Assembly (NCBI GenBank): GCA_038496445.1
Contig: JALMLS010000305.1
Coordinates: 1-64,000 of the forward strand
Reading direction: 5' to 3'
Length of the DNA stretch: 64,000 nt
From: Trichosphaerium sp. ATCC 40318
Taxonomy: Eukaryota; Protista; Tubulinea
The notes beneath the pieces were generated by a model. That model made no database searches and was not told where the DNA came from. It was given only the letters and a program-made list of their open reading frames with translations. The position numbers and the translations under genes are program-made. Shown here one piece after another: positions 1 through 11,945 of this stretch (position 1 is the first letter of the stretch; each line of letters opens with the position of its first letter).

Positions 1-99
1 ATATAAAACGTCAGTAGGTGATGTGAAAAAAAAAGTGTAAAAGTTGTTTGACTGTTACTTACCTTAAACCACTTCCTTAATGTGATCAGTCCTATGATA

Positions 100-428
100 T
101 AGTATAGGCAATGCCTTATATATGAATTAAAATACAAGGCATATAATGCTTAAAAAAATAAGGCATAATAAAGGCATAAAGTACTTGCAATATAGGGCAT
201 TACTTGATTTTATGCAATGCCAAAAAATGCAATACAAGGCATTACCTGATTTTATGCAATGCCAAAAGATGCCCAAAAATGCCTGGTTTTAATGCCTTTT
301 TGATGAAGGCATTGCCTTTTTGTAAAAATGCCTTATTTTATTGGGCATTGCCAAATGCAAATGCCTTGATTTTGCCATCTAATGCCAAATGTTAGGAATA
401 TGCATCATTTTTTAAGGCAAAAACACTG
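100..428. repeat. Block of GGCAT/ATGCC motifs in both orientations (e.g. AAGGCATTGCCTT); resembles DNA-transposon subterminal repeats
   Basis: Dense GGCAT/ATGCC copies, plus a near-duplicated ~40-nt unit (GGCATTACYTGATTTTATGCAATGCCAAAA at ~197 and ~238). The ORF at 204..395 is a repeat artefact. Confidence 0.75.
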
Positions 429-1113
429 TAATTACGAACCTGAGTTTGAAATTGCGCTTGTTTAATGCTCTCCGGCAAGTGTAACACAACTAATAATTTT
501 CATCACTCGTACAAACCTAAACGAGCGTTTAGTGATGTTTACACATTGTAGAATTCTTTTAGTGGAATAGCGTACCTTTACCTGTAAGAATGCCGTAAGT
601 ATAAGGTTAAGAGAGAAAGTTATACCTTAAATCAAATACGTCTAAACAGGTCTGAAGTACGTAACTAGGTATTTAACAGTATTGTATCTAAATTTTCATT
701 AGCGTTTCTCTTAAATAATACAGCACAAAGCAAAAGAAAAGGTACGTGTAAGGTTACGTAGCGTATGTGTAGTGAGTATTTTTGTGTGATGCAAAAAACC
801 TCCAATTGGAGGTTTTTTGTCATTTTTTCACCAGAGCATATTGTCGCAATGCGCTTTTTGCGCGTAATAAGCGCCATTGCGAGGGTTTACAGAAAAAAGA
901 TTCAAAAATTATTTTTGTTTTTTTGAATTGCTCTGATAAGTACCCAAACAACCATTTTCATTAAAAAACTTCATATAAGCCATTCGTGTTTTGGCGGCTA
1001 ACTGTTTTTGAGATTATTTTTTTTTTTTTGGTTTTTTCTTCCGTTGCCGCTCATTTTTGAATTTTCTTTATTTAGTACTTAACTATACCGTTGTAGGTTT
1101 CGACGCTTAGCTC

Positions 1114-4030
1114 ATGTCCATCGTACGAAACACATCCAAGCGGTACACAGTGAGTTTTTTTGTTGGTGCTAAAATGAGGTGTAGAAAGCGAGTTTCAAGA
1201 TCCAACTCCCCCAAAACACGATCGAAAAAACCACGCATACAAGATCTAAAGGTAACGTGTCAAGTAGATGATATAAACTCCAAGGTACGGTGACATGTTT
1301 TATTATAAACGTCAAAATCTTAATTATTTTCTTCAGACAGCAAATGCAAAGAACCGCGATCAATTTACAATACAAAGAGACAAGATTAAAAATGCTATCA
1401 TTAATCTCAAAAGTTTATTAGAAGTTACAGTGGCAAATGGAGGCGCGAAAATATTAGAAGAGCCATGGGCAAAAAATTAAACTTAAAAGCAACGTTATTG
1501 TCCAAAACACATACAGAGTGGATAGTACAAAGTGTGTTGCCTGCAAATATAAAATCGCCAACTGCAAACACAGTAAAAAAGCTTAATCAGGTACGAGAAG
1601 TCTCTTTACATCAAGCTTTTCTTATTTTTTTCCAATACAGGTGAAACGTAAAGCTGAGAAGCACAATATATCTGGTGCTGCCTTGGTGCGTATGGCTTTG
1701 ATTGTACGAAACAAAAGGCAACAAGGTAAGCATATATTACCAATCAACAACTTATTGTTATTGTAGCTAACAAAAGGCGTTCTGTTGTTCCTTATGGCAC
1801 GTTAAAATCGAGCATTATGCCAAAAGATATAACCATGGCATTTGATTATCTCAAGTGCAACACAATGCCTACTTTAACTCATTTTCAAGAAGGTACAGAT
1901 AAAACAAATACAATGACACGATTACCCTCTAATGTATTATACAAGAGAATGAAGAAACAGCTCACGACAACATTAAAAGTGTTACTATCAAAAACACTTT
2001 TAATTCTACAAAGCTGAATATAGATTGGAGAGGATCTGTATCACAATTGTGGCTTACAACATATGTTATACCTGACGAACTGTTGTTTGTGTGTAGACAA
2101 TTTGCTGGACAATTCAAAAATGATCTCAAACACACGGTACACAAATCCATTGTCTTAACCACGTGTTTACTTTGTTAGTTTTGGTCTAAGCCCGGTGATT
2201 TGTGGGAAGCAAACATTATGAGGAGGTATAAGACCCAAAATTATGGTAAAGTTGTTTGTGTTACCCCATATTCTGGTAAGTTGCTTATTTGTTTGGTATC
2301 GTGATTAACATCAACCATAAAGATAAGTTTTGTGGCAACTCTGAGGTTAAGATACCCATTCAACTAAATGAAGCCAAGTGAAATCAATTATTGCCTATTA
2401 TAAATGCTCATCACAACATTACAACCAACACAAAAGCTTTAAATGACAGTGAAATTGCGGACATGGTCATAGAGTTAAAGGTGAGTTTATACAAAAAAAT
2501 GGTGTTTGCAATGGTTAAATGTAGTTGTTTATAGGAGTGGCTTACAGGCAAATCAAGCTTAAGAATGCATAGTGATGGAGACAAAGGCCAATTGCATAGC
2601 GGCTCTGGTATAACATGTTTTGGTTTTGCTTTGAAGGATGGTAAAAAAGAAAAACTTGATAAAACCATAATCATTCAAACAAGCACGTGCTTTATATTTA
2701 TTTTGTAGTATGGTAATATTTACTTTAGATTCTGAAAAGTTTAAGGTTAATGGCACTAACTTTGTGTGGGCCTTAAGCAACATTGACCCTCCATCAGCTG
2801 ATGTCCAAAATGATGGCGATGGATTTGGTCCAGGGGTAGTGCGACATTCTGTTGAAGTTGTGGTGCCTAAAGGAGTCCGTTACTTTTCTTTAATTGTTAG
2901 ACATTTCATTCGGACTCTGCCTGAAATAAGTGACCTTGCTATTGCAAAACAGAAGCGTTTGGTGGGGTTGTCTTCCAAAAGCTATGCTAAACACACCAAA
3001 TTGAAACACTCTCTATATGTTTGTCCACAAAACCTGCGCTATAAAGCCAACAACCACTTTCTTCTATCTTCTTCTTATAAATTACCTCAAGATGATGATA
3101 AAGAAACAATCATACACCCTGGAACTCTGTTAATTTACAATTTACCTGGGTGCGTTTATTTGTAATTGCATAGTTGATTTAATATTCTTTTCAAGCTTGT
3201 GTGAAATGGGTTTGATTGCTTCTTATCAAAGAACTTTTCAAGGACATACAGGAGTAGGATTAAAAGTGGTAGTTAAAAAAGAGTGTGTTGCCAAAGAGTA
3301 CATCAAGACTTTACTCAGTTACATTTAATGTTATTGCAGATATTTTTCAAGTGATTGGGCGGTTGTATACTCTACTGCAACAGAAATATCTCAAGATAAT
3401 GTTAGTGCGCTCATTAAAAAGTCACTGTATTTGCAACGGAATGTCGACAATGAAGATGAAGGTTGTACTTTTTTTATAACCCCCTGCACTCTATTAAAAC
3501 AACATGTTGATGTTGATTATGATTCACTGGGCTGTACGAGCTTGACATAGACTTATGTTTTGTTGACATTGTATTGTAGGCGCCCGTCAACTTGGAATTG
3601 TGTCAAGGTGGTATGTTCATGGCTTTCTTTATTATGGAAAACAGCCTGTTGTGGTTTTTAGAAAAATCAAACGGCTAGGAAATAATCTCTCTCTTCACCT
3701 CAATTGCAAGTGCTGCACACTGCGTCCATTATTCTTGAATATATTTAGTGATGTACCTTCTGACAAGAACATGTCTGATGAAGATATAATAACTAAAGAA
3801 AGTTTTCATTGGAATACAATCAAACAATTAGATGGTACGATTTTTTTTTTTGCAACTTTTTTTTCTAATGCTCCTTTTATTACAGTATTACCCACACTAG
3901 TAAATCAGTTTGCTTACACCGGAAAGCTATCCAAAGAAGACAAAAGAAAATGTGATTGTACGTTGGTTGTAAGAGTATTAAACGTCTAAATTGTTTTATA
4001 GGTTTAGATAAATTGTGTAGGAAACAATAA
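1114..4030 (+). CDS. Multi-exon hypothetical protein, transposon accessory ORF 1
   Basis: Chain of plus-strand exons bounded by GT..AG (track ORFs 1295, 1817, 2710, 3600); last exon reads CDCLDKLCRKQ*. No family recognised; start approximate. Confidence 0.55.
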
Positions 4031-4091
4031 ATAAATTTATGCTCATTAAGTGGAGTTTTTTTTCCTTAATTGTAATCAACAACAAGCAACA

Positions 4092-7000
4092 ATGGCTAAC
4101 GTGTATTGTGACGCTTGTAAGACATGGTATACATGGAGACATTATCATTACAGGCACTTAAAATCTAATAAACATACAACGGCGACCATAAAGCTAGGTA
4201 CATGTACAAAATACCTCAAATGTACTTAGTTAATTATAGGAATGGGCAAGCGGAATAGAGACTTTTCTCAAGGAAACAACAATAACATTGGCAAAGCAAA
4301 GAAACGGATTAGAACTCATGATATTAATTTGGGAGATTCAGCAAATGCCAGTGAAAGTGTCGACCATCTGCTTGCTTTTAATCTAAATACTGATTGTGAT
4401 GCCAATAGCAATGCAATAAGTCACAACAGTGACTCTGAAAGTCAAAGTAGTGTGGACAGTGGATTTAATGGCACTGGTGATGAGAGCAATGAAAGCAGTG
4501 TCAGCGACGGGTTTGAGGAACCAGTTTATTTAAGAGATGACAATACAAAGCTACCTTTAACAGATCTTCCTCACTTTTTAAGTGTTGGTGGTGAGGCTAT
4601 GCGCAGTGGTGAGTTAACAGTAGCAATTAGTGTAGCATTAATTTGTTTGTTAAAGAATTCGGGCAGTTGTCTGATGAGCAATGGAAAAAAGAACAAAGGC
4701 CTCCAGATTTTGAGCCAAGTGATGACTTTAACTCTGCCTCTCCTCAACAAAAGCTTGGTTATTTGTTGTTTGCGCTAAAGTTGGAACACAAGCTGTCTTT
4801 GGTTTTGTGTAAAAAAATTTTAGAGCTGTTCAACACTGCCTTGGTTCTTTTTGGACTTGACGCTAATGGTACGTAACATGCCACATTGTGATTATCTCTT
4901 ATGTTGGGTTTGTTAGGCACTGTGTCTGTTTCTGTGAACACATTGTTGAAAGAAATTGCTACAAAAGTACATTTACCAGTCGTATGTGCCTTTGTCCTTG
5001 CTTATTGTTTTACATTAGTTTTTGCCTCAATTTCCACCTGAAATAATATCAGTGGACAAAAAAACCAAGTCAGACAAAGTTGTATACACGACACAAGTTC
5101 CTTTTTACTCTCCATCAGAGCATATCAAAAGAGTGTTGTATTATTTGCCCACAAGAAACAGCATCGCTGAATGTATAACTGATGGACCATCCACAATGCA
5201 CACACACTATGAAGATGGAACTACAAAAGCAGAGAAGGTGTACAAAGGTCCAGAAACTGGGACCAATGTGAAAAAAGTGTTCGCAGATGTACTTGACATT
5301 TATGAGGCAGACAAAAACAACACTATTTTACTCCCAGGTATACTATACTTTATCTTTTGATTGTTTACTCACTGTTAATAAATAGCATATATAAGCAAGG
5401 ATGATTTTACATACGATAAAAAAGACAGTTTGGGACCTTTGTATATGGTTGTTTGGAATTTGCCTAACAGTGCCAGTGCTACTGGAAAAATGTTGTTGGC
5501 TGTGCTACCAAAGTGTTTGCATGAAGAAGATCTTTTGGAACATGTTGTAAATGATTTTTTAAAGGTGTACAATGGCATGAGATGTTACATAAAAAGTGAA
5601 CAAAAGGTACGGGCCAATTTTATTGGGTTTTTTTTACAATTTAATCCAAAAAATAGTACTTCACAGTGTATTTGAGGTTGTCTAAGATATTGGGTGATTC
5701 ACCAGGCTCAAATAGATTGATATGTACAAAATCCTTCACTATTGATCAACTTATGTTACTTTTAGCAATGAGGAGTCCAACATCTCATTATCCTTGCCGA
5801 ATATGTAGAGTGCCAAAAAATGCCTTTCAATTAATTACAGAAGACAATGAGATTGTAACAGCCACAAGAAACACACTCCAAATCCTCACCATGGCACATG
5901 AACACTCATATAGTGATCATATTAAAGATTGTTTTAGCATTCACAGGCAGGTGAGCAACAACCCACAAATTTAGTTTTACTTTAGATTAACTGGTATTTT
6001 TTTTTCTTTTAGTCTCCGTTCAGTAAGCTGTTGAACCATCACTTTGACTTTTTTTTGGATTCTCCATATTGTCCATTTCATAACATCATATTGGGCATAG
6101 CTAAAAATGTGTTGGATGCGGCATTGGCTAAAATGCAAGAGCTGCAACCCAAAGAAACATTTAAAAAAACTCTAAATCGTAGAATCAAGTATGTTAGAAA
6201 ACAAAATACAGGGTTAGGAAAGTACGTACATGTTGTTGTCTTGATGTATTGATTCAAAGTCTTATTAGAATGAAGGCAGTGTGGAATAATACAGGATGTT
6301 TAGTATCTGAGAGTTGGGATGGAACAGACATGAGAACCTTTTTGAAAATGTCTGCTCTGGTTTTTCGCCACATTTTACCTGATGACCTCATGTCAATGTG
6401 GTACCTTTCTATTTCTCTTTGTGTGGCCCTTTTATTGACCAATTTAAAGGAAGCATTTATTGGCTTTTGTAGTATTGACACAAAGAGATTTTATGTCAGA
6501 ACGTCAAGTCAAAAGTGTTACGGTCAAATACAAAAACTTATTGAATGAAATAAAGCTCAGTTTACCTGGTACTGTTTGCAATTTGCTTTTTTTGTATGTG
6601 TCTGATCATTGACAACTTATTAGATCTAAATTTAGACACAACAAACTTTCACGTGCCTTACCACTATGAATACATGATTAAACGATTTGGAGTTTTTAAA
6701 CACTTTAGGTACACTTTTATGAAGTGGTTGTGATTAACTACATTATTAGCACTTATGCATGTGAATCTAAGCATGCCACCATCAAAAAATGGAAGTTGTC
6801 GTCCAAGAACCATGACAAAATAAAGTGCATGAAATGTTCCGTTTTCAACATACCAACAAAGCATAGGGACATAGTAGACAAAGAAATACCGTGGTTAATG
6901 CTATCATATATTGGCAAGTTTGATGCCCTTTGCACTTCCGTGCTACATGATCAATACAAAGATAACATTGAATTGTCAAGGAAAGTGATCACTCCTCCAT

Positions 7001-7635
7001 TTTACAAAAGACCAAAGGCACACTGGATTTTACGTAAGCAATGCAAACAAAAAAATTTACATCTCACTTTGTTGTTAGGCAACAAAAGATGTGTTAGAGA
7101 GTTATGCCACATGGAAAAATTAGCATTTGAAGCCACATTCCCTGCTGATACTAGAAGACTTATGTCAGAACCGTTTGTTTCCTATAACTCTGTAACAACG
7201 GAAAATCTGACAATGAAGCTTTCTGTCTCAAATGAAACTCTTTTTAAATCATGGAGACCGGCAAAGAGAGAAACTAAAAAAGACTGCATATATGTTAAAA
7301 CTCAAGCCATTTATCAAAGCATCACTGACAACAATCAGGTGTTTGTATTTGGAGAGTGAGCTGTTTGTAGTAGTGCAACAACTAATTTACTCATGTAATT
7401 CTAGGTACTTTACTTTAAAAAACCCAAACAGCCCATACGATGCCAACAGTGAGCTATTGACGTGCAAAACCTTCCCTTCTTGCTTTTGAAACACTAACTT
7501 TGTTGTAGCGTTGAATTTGCTGACACAATAGCATGTGTACCACTAAAAAATGTGTACAAGCTAGCGCAAGTATGTACAACCAGTGACGATGGAGAGCACC
7601 TCATTAACTACTATCACTTTGCCATCCCTTCCTAA
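4092..7635 (+). CDS. DDE transposase, CACTA/EnSpm (Transposase_21/Plavaka-like), with N-terminal C2H2 zinc finger; multi-exon
   Basis: Exon 1 MANVYCDACKTWYTWRHYHYRHLKSNKH (C-x2-C-x12-H-x5-H). Then YISKDDF...SLGPLYMVVWNLP, ILGDSPG...SHYPCRIC, DSPYCPFHNIILGIAK and STYACESKH, in the order of the D, D, (C/D)xxH and E motifs of CMC transposases. Confidence 0.8.
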
Positions 7636-7701
7636 AATACTCCGCATTCATCATTGTAGTCAATTAAATTAGTAAATTTTTAACAATTTTTTAAACTCAC
7701 C

Positions 7702-9900
7702 ATGTCTGCTGAGCCGCCATCAAAGAAGCAAATGAACGAGGAAAATTTGAAAGCACTGGTTCAGTACGCTTTTTCTTGTTATTATTTTGCCAGTTATTAA
7801 TTACAGTTTAGAAAGCTTGCACATCACGTTCGAGCCTTAGAACAGGATGTGAAGACAATAAAGCAAAATTTTGGAATGACCACAAATCAATCCAAGCCGG
7901 AGATTGCCACTACAAACGTGCGCTACCACTTGTTTTTGTATTAAAAACCACACTAATAATGCAATAGTCGGAAGTTGGTGTTATTGCTCAAAGACTTTAT
8001 TTAGAGGCCGGAGCTCTTAGTTCCAGTGCTAAAAAAAAAACATGGGAAGCATTTAAAACCACGTGGAGAACAAACCCAAAATTTGCAAAATGTGACTTGA
8101 ACTACTCTCAAGTTAACAATGACTATTTGCTAACTACAAGGACTTTTAAAGCATACGTGAGCAGGTATTTGGTAGAAATAAAATCCAAAATTCCACAAAT
8201 TTCAAAGGCTTCTGTTGGTACGTAAAGCATAAACAACTTAGCGTTTAATGTCTAACCTGTTATTAGTTGCTATTTTTAATTTAGCACTTCAAAACAAAGT
8301 GTTTCATTTTAAAATTCCTTTTACAATCACCGTGGCTTTAAAAGAAATGGTACAAGGATGGGTACGAATTTACCTTTGTTTTTTTTTATTTATTTGTGAT
8401 TTAATATTGTTCAGATTACAGAATACTACACGCTCACAATGGATGCTTTACAAAATAAGCATGGAAAATATCAACAAACTGGCCACAATTACTTTACAAC
8501 AAATGGACATTACAAACACATGTGCGGCTTTTATTTTTCACGTGTTTTTTTTCTTCTTTTTTTTTCCCTCTCATGCTTGTTGTAGCGACACATTTATTGA
8601 TGATTCAGAAGGTGATATGGATATAGCTGATATAATAAATTTATTAGAAACCACAAATTCAAGTGCCGAGGAAAGTGAACAAAGTAATAACATTGTCGAC
8701 AAACGTGTTGTGAATATGGATGCCAATACTACTGGTACGGCTGATTTCTTTGCTTTTATTCACAGTTGACACAATGTAGGTCTTGAAAAAGAGAATGAGG
8801 AAGCACCTGTAGAAAAAAAAAAGAAAGAGCAGCTATTGCTAAATGATGTAGTTTCAGTGCGAGATCTCAAGTTTAAGTTTAAAGATTTTATATGGTTGTT
8901 CACCTCAGATGGTACACCGAATGCACGTCAAATGGATGCTTATATGAATTTGGCGAAAATAGCAAGGTACAGTGTTGATTGCATTTGATGAAGCTAACGG
9001 GATTTTTTTGATAGCAAAAAAAAAGGTACATTGCATTCCTTTTTTTTTTTTGTTAACAATTCAAGATTACTACCACAAAGTCACAGTGATTGGTTTAAAG
9101 CAAGACTTACCGGCTGTTTCTTCAATGGTACATGTATTGGTAGGTATTGTGCTAAATAGCTTTAGGACGTTGAGTTGAAGAGCCATTCCGTGTTTGCCTT
9201 GATTCCTTTTTACAAGAATTCGGAAAATCATTTTATTGTTTTTGACTCAATCGCCGACATAGAAGATGACTTTTATACCTCTAACATGTACTTTTCTTTT
9301 ACTATGCTACAGTGTATTGTTTTTACTATTTTTTAGTGCTTGGTTTTCTATTGTTGCAAGCTCTGACAGCATTTACACATACTGTAAGTAGACATTGGGA
9401 GGTTCTTTTTCCTTATCTCAAATGCTTTAGGTCCAAGTGCAAATGTAGATGAAATACTTGGCTTTGAAACCAGCATCGCCAATTATAAAAAAGTTGTGCC
9501 GGCATCTATTGATTTGCCAACATGTAAGGTATTAGGAGGTTCAATTGAAAGCTGTAGAGATAGCTCAGAGATGGTGGCAAGATACGTGATAAAAGCCGCA
9601 TTGATTGAAAAAAAACAAGTGCTCTCACAAACTTTGGCAAAGTGTTAATTGTTTCATAGGATGATAAATCAATAGTTTTGACGAGGATAAAGGCAAATCA
9701 TAAGAAAACTTTGAGCAAAAAAGCTTTATTGCAACTGTTTCGGGAATTGCACTATGACTCCAAGGCTGACAAATTAGCTACGCATTTTCTCTCTTGTAAG
9801 TTTGCTTACAATTTTTTATCTAACAAAAATATTAGTTAAAAATCAAATAGGCCTTCATTCCATTGACGATGTAGCTTTGTGTGAATATTTGGAGTTTTAA
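7702..9900 (+). CDS. Multi-exon transposon accessory ORF 3; C-terminal half weakly resembles a degenerate Ulp1/C48 protease fold
   Basis: ATG 7702 (MSAEPPSKKQ); exons join to TAA at 9898-9900. Segments QMDAYMNL, ALIPFYKNSENHFIVFDS and CRDSSEMVARYV loosely echo Ulp1 motifs. Confidence 0.5.
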
Positions 9901-9919
9901 ACAATATCGTATAGGATTT

Positions 9920-10495
9920 TTGGTATTTATGGTATTTTATACTGTGTTTTGTAGTATAATAAACTGGTGTTTTTGGTTATTTATGGTATACAATACCAAG
10001 TTTCATGGTATAATATACCACTGTTTGTGGTACAAAGTACCAAGTTTTATGGTATAATATACCACTGTTTATGGTACAAAGTACCAAGTTTCATGGTATA
10101 ATATACCACTGTTTGTGGTACAAAGTACCAAGTTTCATGGCATAATATACCACTGTTTGTGGTACAAAGTACCAAGTTTTATGGTATAATATACCATTGT
10201 TTATGGTACAAGATACTAAGTTATGTAGTATATTATACTATGATTTGTGGTATAAGATACTGCTGTTTATGGTACACAATACTAAGTTATATAGTAGAAT
10301 TATACCATATAATGCATTTTTTCAGGTGAAAAAATATGGTATAAATTCGCACTTTCTACTGTATATTTATGGTATAATTTGGCTGTTTCATGGTATAAAT
10401 CCTTAGATTTATGGTATATTATACTGGAATTTGTGGTATAAAATTGGAATCAATGGTATAATTATACCACAAATTCATGGTATCTACCATAAAAA
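9920..10495. repeat. Subterminal repeat array; core 44-bp tandem unit (~5 copies, 10005-10224) made of two TGGTAY-N3-RTACCA dyads
   Basis: Unit ATGGTATAATATACCACTGTTTGTGGTACAAAGTACCAAGTTTC starts at 10005, 10049, 10093, 10137 and 10181; degenerate GGTAT/ATACC copies on both sides. Confidence 0.9.
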
Positions 10496-10749
10496 CAGCT
10501 CGAGAATTTTAGACCTGTTTACAAACGCATTAATTATTGTTCAGGCTCTCAAAACCAAATGCGATCAAATTACTTCTTTCGTTTATGAAAACACGATGTA
10601 TTTAACTTGTACGTATTATTTAGGATGTTTGTATTTTGTAATGATCAATAAATAAAATGACTTTGCATTAAATCTGAACCAAAGTATCGAATAATATTTT
10701 GTGTAATTTATAAAGTATTTTTTATTGAAATCTACAAAAAATACATTAA

Positions 10750-10950
10750 GAAATGCTATAAAGAATACATAGAGAATTTTATATAAAATACATACACAAT
10801 TCCAAAAGTAATACTCTAAGAATTCTATGAGTAATACTTATGGAATTTTATATAAATTCAATGGGAATTAAGGAAGAGTTTTTCCGTCTACTTTTCCCAT
10901 AGAAAAACAGGGTGAATTACTTAAAAATTCCCATTTCTATTTTACTACTG
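10750..10950. repeat. GAATT/AATTC-rich degenerate repeat block, probable non-autonomous transposon remnant
   Basis: Repeated GAATT, GGAATT and AATTCC in both orientations, ending ...TTTTACTACTG. Confidence 0.4.
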
Positions 10951-11413
10951 TTCAACCAACCAAATAACCATTTTTTATATTATCTTTCCTTGCTTTTTAT
11001 CTTTTACAAATAAAATCAATTAATTAAAGCATATAACTTGATTACTGTTATATATTAGCCATCAATTGAAATATTTTATATTTTTTTTCAAATACAAATA
11101 GAGAGCCTTGATACCAAGCATACCCATGTGCTTTTTTTTATATATAATATGTATTTTTATACTTTAAAACATGCATACTATTGGCATATAACATCAATAT
11201 CATGTTTAAAATACTACATGGCCACTTACAAGCCTGTAAAAGTAAAAGTTGCCAAAACTTACTTTTTTTGGAAATTCGTCCCTTATTTGGAAGTTTTTGG
11301 CAGTCATAAACGTCTAAATTTGGAAGTTTTTGGACAATTTGTCTTAATAAGAAAGTTTTTGGCATGTACAGCATGTAAACTTACTAAATTAGGCGATAAT
11401 AAGCCATAATATA

Positions 11414-11640
11414 AAACCCTAACCCTAGTTTAGGTAACCTTAACTCTAATTCACTTCTAGGGCATAACCCTAATTACTGTTAATGTTGGCTAGGGTTAGG
11501 GTTTGCATGTTTTCTTCCTATTAGGGCTAGGGTTAGGTTTACAACCCTAGCCACATTAGGCATAGTACAATTTTGTATTAGGGCTAGGGTTAGGGGCGGT
11601 TTTGAACCTACAAGCCCTAGTTAGAATCAGGGTTAGGGCT
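11414..11640. repeat. Interstitial telomere-like repeats (TTAGGG/CTAGGG and CCCTAA/CCCTAG) in mixed orientation
   Basis: AACCCTAACCCTAG at ~11415; CTAGGGTTAGGG at ~11490; TTAGGGCTAGGGTTAGG at 11521 and ~11578; CAGGGTTAGGG at ~11628. Confidence 0.85.
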
Positions 11641-11945
11641 TGTCCAAAAGTATTTTTCTACAATTAACCTGTAAGTTATTGACAGCACTGTAACCAAAAA
11701 CAGCATAACCAACAACCATTTTGCTGCACATTGCATACCAACAACTTTTTTACTTGTCTACACAGCTAGAAGTTTGTGCTCATAAAGTTTAACAAAGTTT
11801 AAGACAAGTTAATGTACAATTCCAAGCTCATCTTAGTGGTTACTTCTCAATCAAAACACTTGAAACAATAGCAGCTTATTATTTAGGTGCTTTAGTTTAG
11901 GATGTATATGATAAATGATAAATAATTATGTTTATTCTATTGAAG

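Larger units (their letters stand above)
643..10521 (+). mobile_element. Putative autonomous CACTA/EnSpm (CMC superfamily)-like DNA transposon with three co-oriented spliced genes; ends tentative
   Basis: Contains a transposase with Transposase_21/Plavaka-like motifs. Inverted match TAAACAGGTCTGAA (643-656) vs TTTAGACCTGTTTA (10508-10521), 13/14 identical. Right end has a subterminal dyad-repeat array. No clear target-site duplication seen. Confidence 0.6.

Noticed and set aside
10005-10224. CRISPR-like array
   Set aside because: Units are near-identical with no unique spacers, there are no cas genes, and the context is eukaryotic.
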